From positions 2,701,697 through 2,765,696 of the forward strand of contig MU004234.1 of NCBI GenBank assembly GCA_010405405.1: 64,000 nucleotides of DNA. The letters are read 5' to 3'. Shown here one piece after another: positions 23,396 through 35,179 of the stretch. The position numbers were made by a program, and so were the translations under genes. Within the stretch, counting starts at the first letter, position 1. Each line of letters begins with the position of its first letter. Origin of the DNA: Microthyrium microscopicum. Lineage: Eukaryota. Under the pieces are notes generated by a model. It did no database searches and was not told the origin of the DNA. It saw only the letters and a list, made by a program, of their open reading frames with translations.

Positions 23396-24043
23396 CAAGA
23401 CCTCCGCAGAGAGAAATCAGAAATGCATATGATAGATTCTTATAAATGTGGTTGAGTGAGATGTTGGATTATAAATGTAGTGTATGGGCATTTAATGTGG
23501 GACCGTGAGAAATGGGATATTTTTCAAGCCATGATATAAATTCCAGCAAGGTTATTTGTTATGTATGTGATGTAAAGGTGCAGTAAACACGATGTCTGCG
23601 ATAACATGACGGCAAGGTAAAACGAGACAGTCTGATAAGGGGCACTTATGACAATACTAGCAGTTTTGGTGCTTTGAACAACATTCTCTAGTCACTGGAA
23701 CATTGTAATTATTACAAGTGTGGACGAAGGTATCTCAAAAGATAAAGATACTAACAAACTTAATCATAGCGGCTGAGACACTGCGCTTATATGGCCAACA
23801 ACAAACATCATCAAAGCCACATCATAAGCCAGAGGATGCCACGAATCCAGCTGTGTGCTCAAACTAAGGGTGAGACTTATGACAAGATCAAGTTTAGGAG
23901 CCCAAAGTCACTAGTTTCCATTGTGCATTGGTCGGGATGTAATCAATCACAGGTTAAGTTCATCGTTATTATCAAATTCCATTATATTTGCTTGTATGTG
24001 ACAACTTCCTCTTGCTCTTTCCATTCTACTGCCGCTACCAAGC

Positions 24044-24436
24044 TTACATTTTACAAACAGTACTGATAAGCGATTTGATGCTCGCTTGATCTCCTGCAGC
24101 TGGACAGGCCGTTGGTATACATTCTTTGATGGCCGACTGAGTTTCTGCCGCCTTACAAAAGCAGTCCACGTCTAACGATAGAATAAGAACTCGAATCAGT
24201 GACAATTCTCTCTGGAGAATACTTACCTATGCCGCATTTGCCAGTGACTTTGGTAACGATAGTAGTTGCGCAAGAAAAAGCACTTGATCCAGTTAGCGAT
24301 TGCTGGCCTGCACCGAATATGGTAATTCTTACCAAGTAGGAACCTTGTATTGGCTCAACTGGCCCATAATATCGCTGGCTTGGGGGTGGGCGACGACTAG
24401 GCCTGCAATCGAAAGGATGACAACAGAGAGCTTCAT
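24044..24436 (-). CDS. small secreted CFEM-domain protein (95 aa, 8 Cys)
   Basis: Exons 24333-24436, 24227-24282 and 24044-24171 (introns GTAAGA..GCTAAC..AAG and GTAAGT..TAG) give MKLSVVILSIAGLVVAHPQASDIMGQLSQYKVPTCAFSCATTIVTKVTGKCGIDVDCFCKAAETQSAIKECIPTACPAAGDQASIKSLISTVCKM. CFEM spacing PxCAxxC...C..DxxCxC...CxxxxC...C. Confidence 0.88.
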
Positions 24437-25680
24437 GGTGACAGAATTGAAAGAAAGGTGATCTGGATTCGGCGGTCAAGTCAAGGTGTTATGCCTCTGA
24501 TTTTCATTATTTGCATTGGGATCATGGCTTTTCTTATAGCAGAAGATCTTTCGGATTTTTTAGTTCGAATGTTGATACAAGTTTCATGTCGCCGTTGAGC
24601 ACGTAGAGTTTGAAGGGCGATAAAGCAAGGCAAATTAAACCGGAGTAGCGCTATTATCAAGTCGCGACCTCTTCAAACGTGGAAGAACATTTTCATGCTT
24701 CGTCTAATAGTGCTACAGTGTAATTCGGTGTAGAATGTAACCAGTGCTGAAAGATCATGTGGGAAAACTTTAACGATAAATGGGCTTTAGTATATCGAGG
24801 GTACGTGTGACCTATTCGCCCTAGTCGTTCCAAGCTGATATCTTCTCTAGATATAATCACTAACCCGTTCTTCCGTATATCACTGCCAGTCCTAGTCTAT
24901 TATGTCCTGCAATGGCAAGACTGTTTGGTTCTAAAAGATCAGTGAGCCAACTTGCCATTAACTCTGCTCCTTCCGGGTCACATTGCGCTGATATCTGGGA
25001 GTTGATTTACACTTATGCTTCCAAATTTGCCATCTGTATGGACACTGTTGCACCTTCTCCTTCCCACGGGTAGAAAATAGCACAAATAGAACACTACCTC
25101 CTAGTTCGTGGCGCGATTTACCTCATATAGGGTGCTAGTGTCAAACTCAATTATATAAATAATTGAGAACCCTACTACCCGCAGATTGTCATGAGAACCA
25201 ACAGCCCGTTATACCACCGGATTATACGCCAGTCACAAAGCTGCACGCTGAAAGAGGGCACAGAGTTAAATGCTAATGCCAGGGATAGCTTTGTAGACAG
25301 TCAGTATCTTAAAGTCTGAGAGCAATGTAGTAAAGCCACTCCTACGTGTATTACTTAATGAGTACGATCATATGGATGATTTGGTGAAAACTGTCGGTCG
25401 AGTAGCGTCTTTGGCTCGTGTAGAACAAGATTTTTTCTGACATCAGGAAATGAAGAGAAGTGAACCCTGAGGAGTTGTTTTTAAGTCGTGGAAGCTTTGA
25501 TAAAATATACTTCGATGTAAGTCCGCTGAGTATCGAGAACACATCATTAAACTTTCACAGAAGGACTAGAGGGTCTATGATGTCTACTGCTTGAGACCAA
25601 CTTATCCTCACACAATCCTTCACATTTCGATCGATCAGGGACGCTTTGGAGTGGTTATTAAGCTCATTAGATATGAATCA

Positions 25681-27309
25681 CTAGTGTAACATTGTCCCAC
25701 TAGGAAGACTGTAAACCTGACTATCCAATTCGTCTCCGCAAACGACGACAAACGGATAGGTGTTGTATAGACATTTCTTCGCTTTCGTGGCGTGGTTGAC
25801 CAGATTGCCAGACTTGTAGTATGCCCAGAGTTGTTTCTTGTCCTCAGGATTACAACCTACCATGCTCACACCTCCATCTGCTTTAAGACAAAGCGAGGGG
25901 GCTGACAGTGGACTTATGAGACCTTGAGAAGAAACCCCCCAAACCTGAGAATCTGTACCCGCGCAGTCCTGAAAAAGGATGCTTGCTGCAATATGAGTCA
26001 TACATTTACGAGTAGCTGAGTTGAATATCATGCCCGTTGGAGTCGCAGTTGGGACCTTGAAGAATCGATACATGGCGGTGGCATGGCCAGGAAGCTCGAT
26101 GGCAATGACGGTTGTGACAGTTTGATTGGAGCCTGTCCAGAGATCTTTGACGGTGTATTTGCCATCTCTTGTCAATCCAACCCTTTCGACGTTTATACTA
26201 GTCGAGGCGGTTTTGTTGCTGCGATTGAGCACTGTGAGCAATCGATCTCCACCTGCTAAGTTCTTGGTCAAAACATCCCAGTTCCCATCTTGGCTAACCA
26301 GAGTTGCTTGTAGTGCCAGAGGATCTTGATCGATAGCGATGATATCTTTGTTAGTCAGATAGGTAATTTCTTTAGGTGAAAGATCCTGGACATTTGCGCT
26401 GATGATCAAAGGGGCAGAAAAGGCGGACCATAAAGCGAATTGCGATTTCTTCTCTTCCAGTGTCAACCATGGCCAATCAGCAATGATAAAATCGGGATCG
26501 TTGTAGAATCCAGGCTGCTGATATCTAGCCAAAAGGACGTTATGCGCGTAATTGTTCATGATGCTTTTCCAATATTCGGTAGGCTCGTAGAGACCAAAAA
26601 CATCAATATCATTTGAATGTCTTGCAAGTTCTCCGTAGAGAGGCGCCCATGCCATCACTCTGTACCAATCCGATTCATTGTTTTGCTTTGGAAAATCTGA
26701 ATCACCAGAGAAGTATGCTGGCGCTGATTCCGAGAAGACCATAGGTTTGGACAAGTTTGACAGGACATCATGCCAACGACCATAGATAACTTGATAAGTT
26801 TGCTGTAAAGTTTTTCCTTTATACGGATCGACATTGCATCCATCAAGTTTAAGATAGTTTATTCCCCAGCTGGAGAATGTCTGCGCGTCGGTGGCTTCGT
26901 AGCCGAGTGAGCCTGGGTACCCTCCGCAGGTTTTGTTCCCAGCATCTTCATAGATACCAAAGTGAAATCCTTTCGACTTGACATAATTTACAAGCCATGG
27001 AATGCCTTGCGGGAAGAGAGTGGTATTCCATTGCAACAGGCCTTGATCGCTTCGGGAGGTTTGCATCCAGCAATCATCTAGATTCAGACGATTATAGCCA
27101 GCTGCGAGTAGGCCTTTGCTGACCATCGCATCCGCGGTAGTTGTAAATAGAGATTCATTCAGTCCACATTGAAAGCGTGCCCAATTATTAAATCCCATTG
27201 GTGGGGTTGGAGAAACGAGGGGGTTGGTGATAGATCCATGAACTAGGCGAAGAGCTGTAGTAACAAGGAAGGCCAGGAAAAATGCCAAAGAGTGATTGAT
27301 GATGGCCAT
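25681..27309 (-). CDS. secreted GH27 alpha-galactosidase / alpha-N-acetylgalactosaminidase with C-terminal ricin-B (CBM13) domain
   Basis: Signal peptide; TPPMGFNNW, NLDDCW, TCGGYPGS, YLKLDGC (nucleophile), YNDPDF; C-terminal QxW repeats (SQVW, KQLW). Intronless. Confidence 0.95.
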   Translation of the reverse strand: MAIINHSLAFFLAFLVTTALRLVHGSITNPLVSPTPPMGFNNWARFQCGLNESLFTTTADAMVSKGLLAAGYNRLNLDDCWMQTSRSDQGLLQWNTTLFPQGIPWLVNYVKSKGFHFGIYEDAGNKTCGGYPGSLGYEATDAQTFSSWGINYLKLDGCNVDPYKGKTLQQTYQVIYGRWHDVLSNLSKPMVFSESAPAYFSGDSDFPKQNNESDWYRVMAWAPLYGELARHSNDIDVFGLYEPTEYWKSIMNNYAHNVLLARYQQPGFYNDPDFIIADWPWLTLEEKKSQFALWSAFSAPLIISANVQDLSPKEITYLTNKDIIAIDQDPLALQATLVSQDGNWDVLTKNLAGGDRLLTVLNRSNKTASTSINVERVGLTRDGKYTVKDLWTGSNQTVTTVIAIELPGHATAMYRFFKVPTATPTGMIFNSATRKCMTHIAASILFQDCAGTDSQVWGVSSQGLISPLSAPSLCLKADGGVSMVGCNPEDKKQLWAYYKSGNLVNHATKAKKCLYNTYPFVVVCGDELDSQVYSLPSGTMLH

Positions 27310-28171
27310 TGCATTTCATAGACCTACGGGACTGGTCAAAGGGCTGTCAAGCTTGAAACTCCCGTGGTGTTGAAGTTGACGACCAGTTGTCTTCTGCTAC
27401 ACAGGTAGTTGCCAGTTGGATCTTGAATTCTCTGACTCTAATCAATATTTAGAGTGGGTCAAAGCTTGCTATAATGAGTTGTGAGTAACATTATTATGTT
27501 ACCCTAGTATTATTTAAGCGGAAATAGGCTGGATCCTTTCTACCGATGATGGTCATTTTCTTATCCAATAAGATTCTTCTGGATATAGTACTTTCGTGTA
27601 TACGCGAAAAATGTCCGTCGATTATGCAAAACCATTTTATGTGGATGTATTCATACTAATAAATTTCAATTGTGCGTACGAAAAGAACAGTGTGCGCTCA
27701 GATCAAATGCCAAATACAGTACTTACTGACCCTTGAGTTCTGTTCAGCCGGATTGATAAAGGTGGCCGAAAAGAACTAATTCGTGTTGAAAAATTGTTGT
27801 GTAACGCTTTACTTCTTCAATATCGGTCGGATGTAGGCTTCATGTCAATCGGGACCTATGAAAACAGTATTGCAGCGAATTAAGGCCGATTTGCCTGATA
27901 CCGCCAGTTTGAACTTGGTGTGAGCGATTGGTCAAGTTCTACTGCCATAACATATCTTGATCAATAGTTGAAGATAAACAGACTGTCAAACGATGGTTAA
28001 AAATGTCATATATACCGAACATTGATCTTTGTTGCTCAAGTTCACAGGTATGAGTTTCAAGAATCAACCGTTTTCAATCCAAATCTTTACATCCACATCA
28101 TAAATCAAAAGTCACTATCCCTGCCGTTTCAAAACTGCCCGGAGTCCCCTAGGGGCCAGCAATACTAGAAA

Positions 28172-28591
28172 ATGTGCCCATCGACGTCCTTTTGGAGCAA
28201 ACTACGGGGGCGGTGGAGTGCTTCCAAAAGAATCCATCCAAACTCTGGAAAGAATGGGCATTTCCTTGAAGAAACTCAAGTGGAAAAGAAAATGGAGGGC
28301 GAGAAACACACAGAGCACTTTCAAATCAATCACTGCGCCGTGAAAGCAAAACCAGGCATGTCACTAGAAATATTACCTACCGATTTCAAAGAGAAGACGA
28401 CAGAGTATCGAACAAATGGTTTCGCGGGAAGCCAAAACGATATGAACAGTACTAGTTCTTCAAAGACTCTAGCCTTGGAGTACGGGATCGCGAAGGGTCG
28501 ATCGGATGTTGTGGAAGCAAAGGGCACGAGGATTTCGCTTGGAGAAATAGAATCAACAGTCCCTAGGCGTCATATGCGAGAGGTCGATTAG
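28172..28591 (+). CDS. hypothetical protein (139 aa)
   Basis: ATG-initiated ORF in otherwise gene-free DNA, with no recognisable motif. Confidence 0.3.
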   Translation: MCPSTSFWSKLRGRWSASKRIHPNSGKNGHFLEETQVEKKMEGEKHTEHFQINHCAVKAKPGMSLEILPTDFKEKTTEYRTNGFAGSQNDMNSTSSSKTLALEYGIAKGRSDVVEAKGTRISLGEIESTVPRRHMREVD

Positions 28592-29128
28592 ACCTGCCTC
28601 ATGATTACGATGACGAAAACGTTGTAGAATTCCATTTTTACGGTGGTTCCAGTCGTGCGATGTTGCTTGACAATAAAGAAATCGATGATTGGAGCACGAA
28701 TACGCCTGCAATTTGAATTACGAATGTTATGGACCAAATCATTACTTCAAAGCTAAGGCCCGCTTGTCCGCCTACAGTTCATGTGAAAAGTTGAAGACGA
28801 TAAACATTTGCTATTTCCTCAATAGTCTCCCTCTCAAGAAACTTAATAGATATAAAAGTGACTCGAATCGCTTTAAGCAGTTGGCCGCCATGCTCAGCAC
28901 GAAGGAGAATTTGCCACTTTGGAACAAGCTGCTTCCTTTACGCGAAGGTTTGAGCTTCAATTTGGTAGTGTGCTGCATTGAATGTACCACACCCTCTTCT
29001 CTGCATTAGATTTAAGCGAAATTGAGCAGGAGATGAACCCAAGTCCTGTTATTATTGCAACTACAAAAAGAGAGCCAGCCAAGAAGCCAACCAAAAAGGT
29101 ACGGTCCAATAATGCCGGAGCATTCGTA

Positions 29129-29347
29129 CCGTAGAGAATCCTGCAGATGCAGGTTGTTTAAACCTATTTGAGATTTCAAATTTGGGGCTTACTAAGTCCC
29201 AGTTTGCTGGCTCTCTCGTATCGAATGTGCGGTAATCCAGCTATTCGATTACCAAAGTGCCAGTTCATGAAACATGATTGGTGAAATATTCAAAATTTGA
29301 AATCCCGAATAGGCTTAGACAACCTGCATCTGCAGGATTCTCTACGG
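29129..29347. mobile_element. 219-bp MITE (Tc1/mariner-type, TA target duplication)
   Basis: ~55-60 bp terminal inverted repeats CCGTAGAGAATCCTGCAGATGCAGGTTGT...TTTCAAATTTTG, flanked by TA at 29127-29128 and 29348-29349. No coding capacity. Confidence 0.88.
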
Positions 29348-30508
29348 TACTCTCTATACTAATACGACGCTGAATGGCACCAACCATAGTAAAAAGGAAG
29401 TTAACAGTACATAGATCAGAGTGGTGAAAAAAAAATTGCTAATAATATTGGAACACGAGAGATGACAAACTATATCGGCATATAATCAACAAAGTGTTCG
29501 AGCGTAGACAACCGAAACATCATACGTTCTAATCAAACCAGCAGCATTTGCCTGGTACCCTTCACAAGAATTGTTCCTAAGTGCAGTTGCAGTTGCACAA
29601 GCAAAAGCTAAAATCATTCCGGCATTGACAGCACTCAAAGAGGGTTTCTCAAATCGCATTCTGGAGACGCCAGTTAAACGACGAGTTGAACAAAACAATT
29701 AGTAAGATGAATGAGAACCTGGCTTTGAAGACACTTGCCCAGGAACCAATTTCGATAGACTCTGGGGGTGTATCTATTTACATTCATGTTTACAGTACTA
29801 CCAAAGTGTCTATTATCATAAAGAGACGGGCGTTATTGAAGTAAGCTCAACAGAGCCTGATCGACGGCCATCACATACACCTCAATGTATGTTTTCTAGT
29901 TATCCTTTCTCTCGTTATTTCTTAATTGGGGTTGATCAAATTTGGCAGCTCAAAGGGGGTGATGCTGGAGGGGGATAATGAGAGCCGCATGGTTGGGGCA
30001 GCCAAACAGCAGAAGACTTCCCAATTGGGCAGATCACAAGTCTATCACGGCCCGCCATGACGGTTTTTTGGTGGTTGACGCCACTTTCTTGATGGGATCT
30101 GCATAATTCCCGATGGTGCATCAAACCTTCAGGTTGAATCAGTCCTCGAGAGTCGAGAAGGTTGTTACTGAGCTCAGTAATGAATTCAATCTCTTCGCGG
30201 CAGTTGATTTTTTGGTTGTTCATGGCAAATTAAGTATGTGTTCCTCGTTTAGATGGGCATTTACTGGTTAAGCCAAAGAAATTGAAATAGGCTTAGTGTT
30301 ATCTTGGTAGCCTCCATCGCCCCTCAATAATAATACGATACGGTGCTCTACTCAACACCGTTGGCTACCACCGTTGTGCGTGGAAAATTCTTGCGTTTTG
30401 TCTCTGGCCAACCATCTCTTGTGGTTCTATCAACTCCGTCAACTTTCCCATCAATTGTTTCTGCATGTTTCTATACCCATTCTCAGCCTCGATTTGTCAG
30501 CAAGAAGG

Positions 30509-33500
30509 ATGCCTATTATTGATACCACCAAAGACTTGAATTGTCTCTTCAATCTTCAAGTTCAGGCTTCGCCTGATGCCATTGCTCTTGAGGACGAGAC
30601 CACAATATTGACATATGCTCAATTGGATGTCAAGGTCACCTCACTCGCTACACATCTGCGTACATTTGGAGTTGGACGAGACTCTTTAGTTGGAGTGCTT
30701 TTGTCTCGCAGCGCTGATTATGTGATTGCTTGTCTTGCCGCTCTCCGAGCTGGCGGCGCCTTTCTTGTCCTAGAGCTTGCCTACCCTCCCAGCTTGTTGG
30801 CCGATGTCATTGATGACGCTAAACCAGCGGTTATCGTAACTCATACTGCCCATGCTAGCCAGATCACTTCTACCACACCCCTGATTGTTCTCCAGGATCA
30901 TGTCAGTGGATTAGATTGGTTCCCTCCCAACAATGAGCCTCACAATTCATCAGCTCTGCCGGCTGATGATGACTTGGACCGGCTTGCCTTTGCTTCATAT
31001 TCATCTGGTACAACTGGCCGACCCAAAGGAATTGCGAATCCTCATCGAGCGGCTGTATTGTCGTATGATTTGAGATTTGGAGTCAACGATCTCGGTCCTG
31101 GCGACCGCGTCGCTTGTAACGTGTTTTTTGTTTGGGAAATTTTGCGACCTCTACTTAGAGGAGCAACAGTAGTTGTCGTACCTGACGAGACTAGCTATGA
31201 CACAATTGCTTTGGTAGAGCTATTGTCTTCTCGACGTGTAACGGAAACTCTTATGACTCCAACATTGCTTGCTGCTGTTCTCGCCAGACATCCTGACATT
31301 GGCAACCTTCTTCCAGATCTACGAACTTTGTGGTTTAATGGCGAAGTAGTCACTACAGATCTTGTTCGCCGCGCTATGAAGTCTCTTCCAAAAGCTCGTC
31401 TCCTCAATTGCTACAGCGCAAGTGAGACTCATGAAATTGCCTGCGGAGATATTCGAGATATGCTTGATACATCGGTACCCTATTGTCCGGTTGGTCCACC
31501 TTTGGACCCGAAACATGCATACATATTGAGTGATGAGGGTAAAAGAGTTGCGGATGGAGTCAGTGGGGAGTTGTTTGTCGGAGGGCCTCTTTTGGCTCGC
31601 GGATACATCAATCTACCGGAAACTACTGCAGCAGCTTTCTTGCCTGATCCTTTCGACACCTCACCTGGAGCTCGCATGTATAGGACTGGAGATACTGGGC
31701 GAATATTACCGACTGGAATCCTAGAGATTACTGGACGTGTAGGGTCTATGATAAAGATTCGAGGATATTCTGTTGTTCCTGGTAAAATCGAGCGTGCAAT
31801 TGTAGAGCACTTTGCTGTCAGTAATTGCGTCGTGATTGCTGTTGGTGATGGGCTCGATCGTCAATTGGTAGCTTATATCGTTCACGACAAGCAAGAACAA
31901 GATGAGCGTACTCAACTCGAGATCGATGACACAGGATTTAGTCCAATCGCACGTGGAGTGTTAACATCGTCGTTGGCACAATACATGATACCAGCATTTT
32001 GGGTACCAATGGACGAGCTTCCCACCCACGAAGTTTCCGGAAAGGTTGATTTAAATCGGCTGCCATCTCCAACATCGACCAAATCACGAAGCGCAACAAT
32101 GCAGAACGGCAAAGGACTACAACGAGATACGAATGTCAACACAAAGACCATTGCGGAACTTTGGGCAGCTTCTTTGAGTCTTTCAGCTAACTCCATCATC
32201 TCAAAAACGGACCCCAACTTCTTTGACCTCGGAGGCCATAGTTTATTGTTGGCAAATCTTGCTAGTAGAATGACTACGTATTTCGGCTTTTCAGTGCCTC
32301 TAGCTCGTCTAGCAGGTATGCCGACTCTTGAGGGACATCTGCAGGTTGTGATATCTGCTCGCGATGGCCACACATCCTCAGTACAAGCTAATCTGCCTGC
32401 AATTTTGAAAGCAGACTCGGTTCTTCCAGCAGAGTTCAAGCCTGTGCAAGCGGCATTTTGTCCTATTCGCAAAGCAGAGACAATTTTCCTGACAGGTGCA
32501 ACTGGATTTCTTGGTGGAGTGCTTCTTCAAGAGCTTTTGGAAGCAACTCAAGCTCGTATTATCTGCCTTGTACGCTTTACTGACCCGTCTGAGGGTGGTA
32601 GTGCCCCAGGAATGGCTAGAATTCGTCGAAACCTCTTGGACCTTGGCCTCTGGAAAGACTGGATGCCAAATCGCATCGAGATTCTTGGTGGGAACTTATC
32701 TCTGAAACGAATGGGGCTTTCCGCCACAGACTTTGAGAAGATATCTAAGCGTATTCATGTGATTATACATGCTGGGGCTACCGTCAATCTCGTTTATCCA
32801 TATGCTGCACTGAAAGCCGCAAATGTTGACGGTACCAAGGAAATTCTACGACTTGCTTGCGCCGGCGGTTCTACATTACAATATGTATCGACAAACAGCG
32901 TCTTGCCACCATCAACGGAAGGCTGGTCCGAGGATACAGCAATTGATATTGCCACTGTCTCAGACAAACTCATCGATGGTTACAGTCAGACCAAATGGGT
33001 AGCCGAAGAACTTATCCATGAAGCTGCTCGCCGTGGATTACCCGTAGGTATTCTAAGACCAGGCACAATAAGTGGTCATAGTAGCTCCGGTACGACCAAC
33101 ACATATGATTTACTCAACGCAATTATTGTAGAGTCTCTTCATATTGGCCATCATCCAGATATTCCCGGCTGGAAAGCAGAAATGACACCAGTTGATTTTG
33201 TATGCAAGGCCATTGTCACACTTGCAGATCAACAACAATCAAGCCAGCACATATATCACCTCAGCGAGCCGCATCCCATTGAGATGGCAGCTCTCTTTGC
33301 TATTTTAAATGGCATGGGCTATGGAACTAAACCATTAGCTTGGGATGAGTGGATTGACTTATGGAATGATTCGCGAGGCTCTATCAAAGGTGGCGAAGGA
33401 GCATTTACCGTTGATATTATTCGCGGTGGTGTCCCAACAGCGGAATTTTTGAGGTGCATTACTCTGCTCAACGATACCGGTACAATAGCGGCTCTTGGGA

Positions 33501-34372
33501 CTCTTCAGCGTCCGGGAGTTGATGAAGCACTTCTTGAAACATATACTCGTCATTGGTACGCACGCGGTTGGCTACCTCGGCCTCCACCTCCTCGCCATGG
33601 TTTCTGTGAAGGTACGAAACTGACCACACGAGGGCCACTTTATGGACGTGTAGCGGTTGTCACTGGCGCATCTTCTGGTATTGGTGCCGCCGTGGCTACC
33701 GCTCTGGCCAAAGAAGGGGTACATGTTGCTCTTGCTTCGCGGAGGGTGGAAGTATTGAACGATTTGAAGAAAAGACTTCTAGGGCATGGTAACAAAATCG
33801 TAGCCCATGGAACAGACGTTACAGATCCAAAACAGGTGAACTCTCTTATGGAAACCACCACTGAACAACTTGGTCCTATTGATATCTTGGTATCTTGTGC
33901 TGGTGTCATGTACTACACTATGATGGCCAATGTGAAGAGCTGGGAATGGAATCAGACAGTTGACGTGAATTGCAAAGGCTTGCTTCATTGTTTGGCATCG
34001 ACTGTTCCTTCCATGCTATCTCGAGGCTCTGGTCATATTGTTGCCATATCGTCTGATGCTGGTCGCAAGGTCTTTCCAGGACTTGGTGTTTACTCTGCAA
34101 GCAAGTTTTTCGTGGAAGGAACTCTCCAGGCACTTCGTTTAGAAACAGCTGGAACTGGGCTCAGAGTTACCAGTGTTCAGCCAGGAAATACTGCCACTGA
34201 TTTGCTTTCCATGTCTACCGACGAAGAGGCGATCAAGAAATATGCTCAACCGACTGGTGCCAAAGTTCTGGACCCGGAAGATGTGGCATCGTCGATAATA
34301 TATGCTCTTCAACAGCCTCAACACGTTGCCATCAACGAAGTGCTCATAGAGCCAAGGGATGAGCCAATTTAA
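30509..34372 (+). CDS. ATRR: NRPS-like A-T-R-R enzyme (glycine betaine reductase ATRR type)
   Basis: Start MPIIDTTKDL. A domain (YSSGTTGRPKG, YRTGD); T domain (FFDLGGHSL); thioester reductase R1 (FLTGATGFLG, YSQTKWVAE); SDR R2 (VTGASSGIG, YSASK, C-terminal IEPRDEPI). Confidence 0.93.
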   Translation: MPIIDTTKDLNCLFNLQVQASPDAIALEDETTILTYAQLDVKVTSLATHLRTFGVGRDSLVGVLLSRSADYVIACLAALRAGGAFLVLELAYPPSLLADVIDDAKPAVIVTHTAHASQITSTTPLIVLQDHVSGLDWFPPNNEPHNSSALPADDDLDRLAFASYSSGTTGRPKGIANPHRAAVLSYDLRFGVNDLGPGDRVACNVFFVWEILRPLLRGATVVVVPDETSYDTIALVELLSSRRVTETLMTPTLLAAVLARHPDIGNLLPDLRTLWFNGEVVTTDLVRRAMKSLPKARLLNCYSASETHEIACGDIRDMLDTSVPYCPVGPPLDPKHAYILSDEGKRVADGVSGELFVGGPLLARGYINLPETTAAAFLPDPFDTSPGARMYRTGDTGRILPTGILEITGRVGSMIKIRGYSVVPGKIERAIVEHFAVSNCVVIAVGDGLDRQLVAYIVHDKQEQDERTQLEIDDTGFSPIARGVLTSSLAQYMIPAFWVPMDELPTHEVSGKVDLNRLPSPTSTKSRSATMQNGKGLQRDTNVNTKTIAELWAASLSLSANSIISKTDPNFFDLGGHSLLLANLASRMTTYFGFSVPLARLAGMPTLEGHLQVVISARDGHTSSVQANLPAILKADSVLPAEFKPVQAAFCPIRKAETIFLTGATGFLGGVLLQELLEATQARIICLVRFTDPSEGGSAPGMARIRRNLLDLGLWKDWMPNRIEILGGNLSLKRMGLSATDFEKISKRIHVIIHAGATVNLVYPYAALKAANVDGTKEILRLACAGGSTLQYVSTNSVLPPSTEGWSEDTAIDIATVSDKLIDGYSQTKWVAEELIHEAARRGLPVGILRPGTISGHSSSGTTNTYDLLNAIIVESLHIGHHPDIPGWKAEMTPVDFVCKAIVTLADQQQSSQHIYHLSEPHPIEMAALFAILNGMGYGTKPLAWDEWIDLWNDSRGSIKGGEGAFTVDIIRGGVPTAEFLRCITLLNDTGTIAALGTLQRPGVDEALLETYTRHWYARGWLPRPPPPRHGFCEGTKLTTRGPLYGRVAVVTGASSGIGAAVATALAKEGVHVALASRRVEVLNDLKKRLLGHGNKIVAHGTDVTDPKQVNSLMETTTEQLGPIDILVSCAGVMYYTMMANVKSWEWNQTVDVNCKGLLHCLASTVPSMLSRGSGHIVAISSDAGRKVFPGLGVYSASKFFVEGTLQALRLETAGTGLRVTSVQPGNTATDLLSMSTDEEAIKKYAQPTGAKVLDPEDVASSIIYALQQPQHVAINEVLIEPRDEPI

Positions 34373-34578
34373 AATGTTCTCATGACTACAAGAAGAGATC
34401 GAGCTGCATACAATACAGGAGACGAATTATAAATGAAGTATGGATTTTACATGAATATATACCCAGAACAACCACTTAATCGTCTCCTTAGCGATTCTTG
34501 TGGTTACTTTGCGTAGACCTGCTATGCGAAAAGAATGGTAGTCCTATGAACAATAAAAGATAACATCCATTCCCTACT

Positions 34579-35179
34579 CTAGGACAAAATCCAAGCAAGA
34601 GCGACTGTAACGAAAGCTAGCGCACCACTATATTGAACAGCCTTGTTGCCGCTGCTCATTGACATTCCAGATGGCATCGACATGCCGGGCATAGTTCCTG
34701 TCATACCGGGCATGGTCATGCCAGGCATCGAGCTCATGGACCCGCTGCTCATATCCATGGGGGGAATCTTGACCATGATTCCCTTTGCGAGTGAATCTAC
34801 CTGTGGTGTATATGTTCCCTCTTCAAAGGGGCATTTCATGCCAACTTGCATCATAGCTAACTCCAATTAGCATTGGCCTTGCAAAGAAGCCTTGAGAATT
34901 CATACCTTCATCCTCCGATTTGTTCATCATGATGCAGGACATGCAGAGTCCTCCGATTGAGGCAACATCGAATGATGTGTTGGAGCATACGCACTTCTCT
35001 GCCATGGCGCTCACTGGGGTCTTTGTTGCCATACAGCCGGTCATGAGTTCCATGACTGGTTTGCAGATGGTGTTGCATTGAGCCGGCATGGCTGCCATTG
35101 GCATTGGCATTGTTGGTGCCATTGTTTGTGCCATAACTTGTGATGCCATAGCAATGGAGAATATGACTGTGGAGATCAT
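34579..35179 (-). CDS. Met-rich secreted, probably GPI-anchored Cys-domain protein (183 aa)
   Basis: Signal peptide; CNTIC...C...CVCSNTSFDVASIGGLCMSC; intron 34857-34905 (GTATGA..GCTAAT..TAG); MPGM repeats; GPI-like C-terminus SSGNKAVQYSGALAFVTVALAWILS. Confidence 0.85.

Noticed and set aside
30374..30508. 45-codon N-terminal extension of ATRR from a TTG start
   Set aside because: The ORF caller used a bacterial-style start; the family-typical start is the ATG at 30509.
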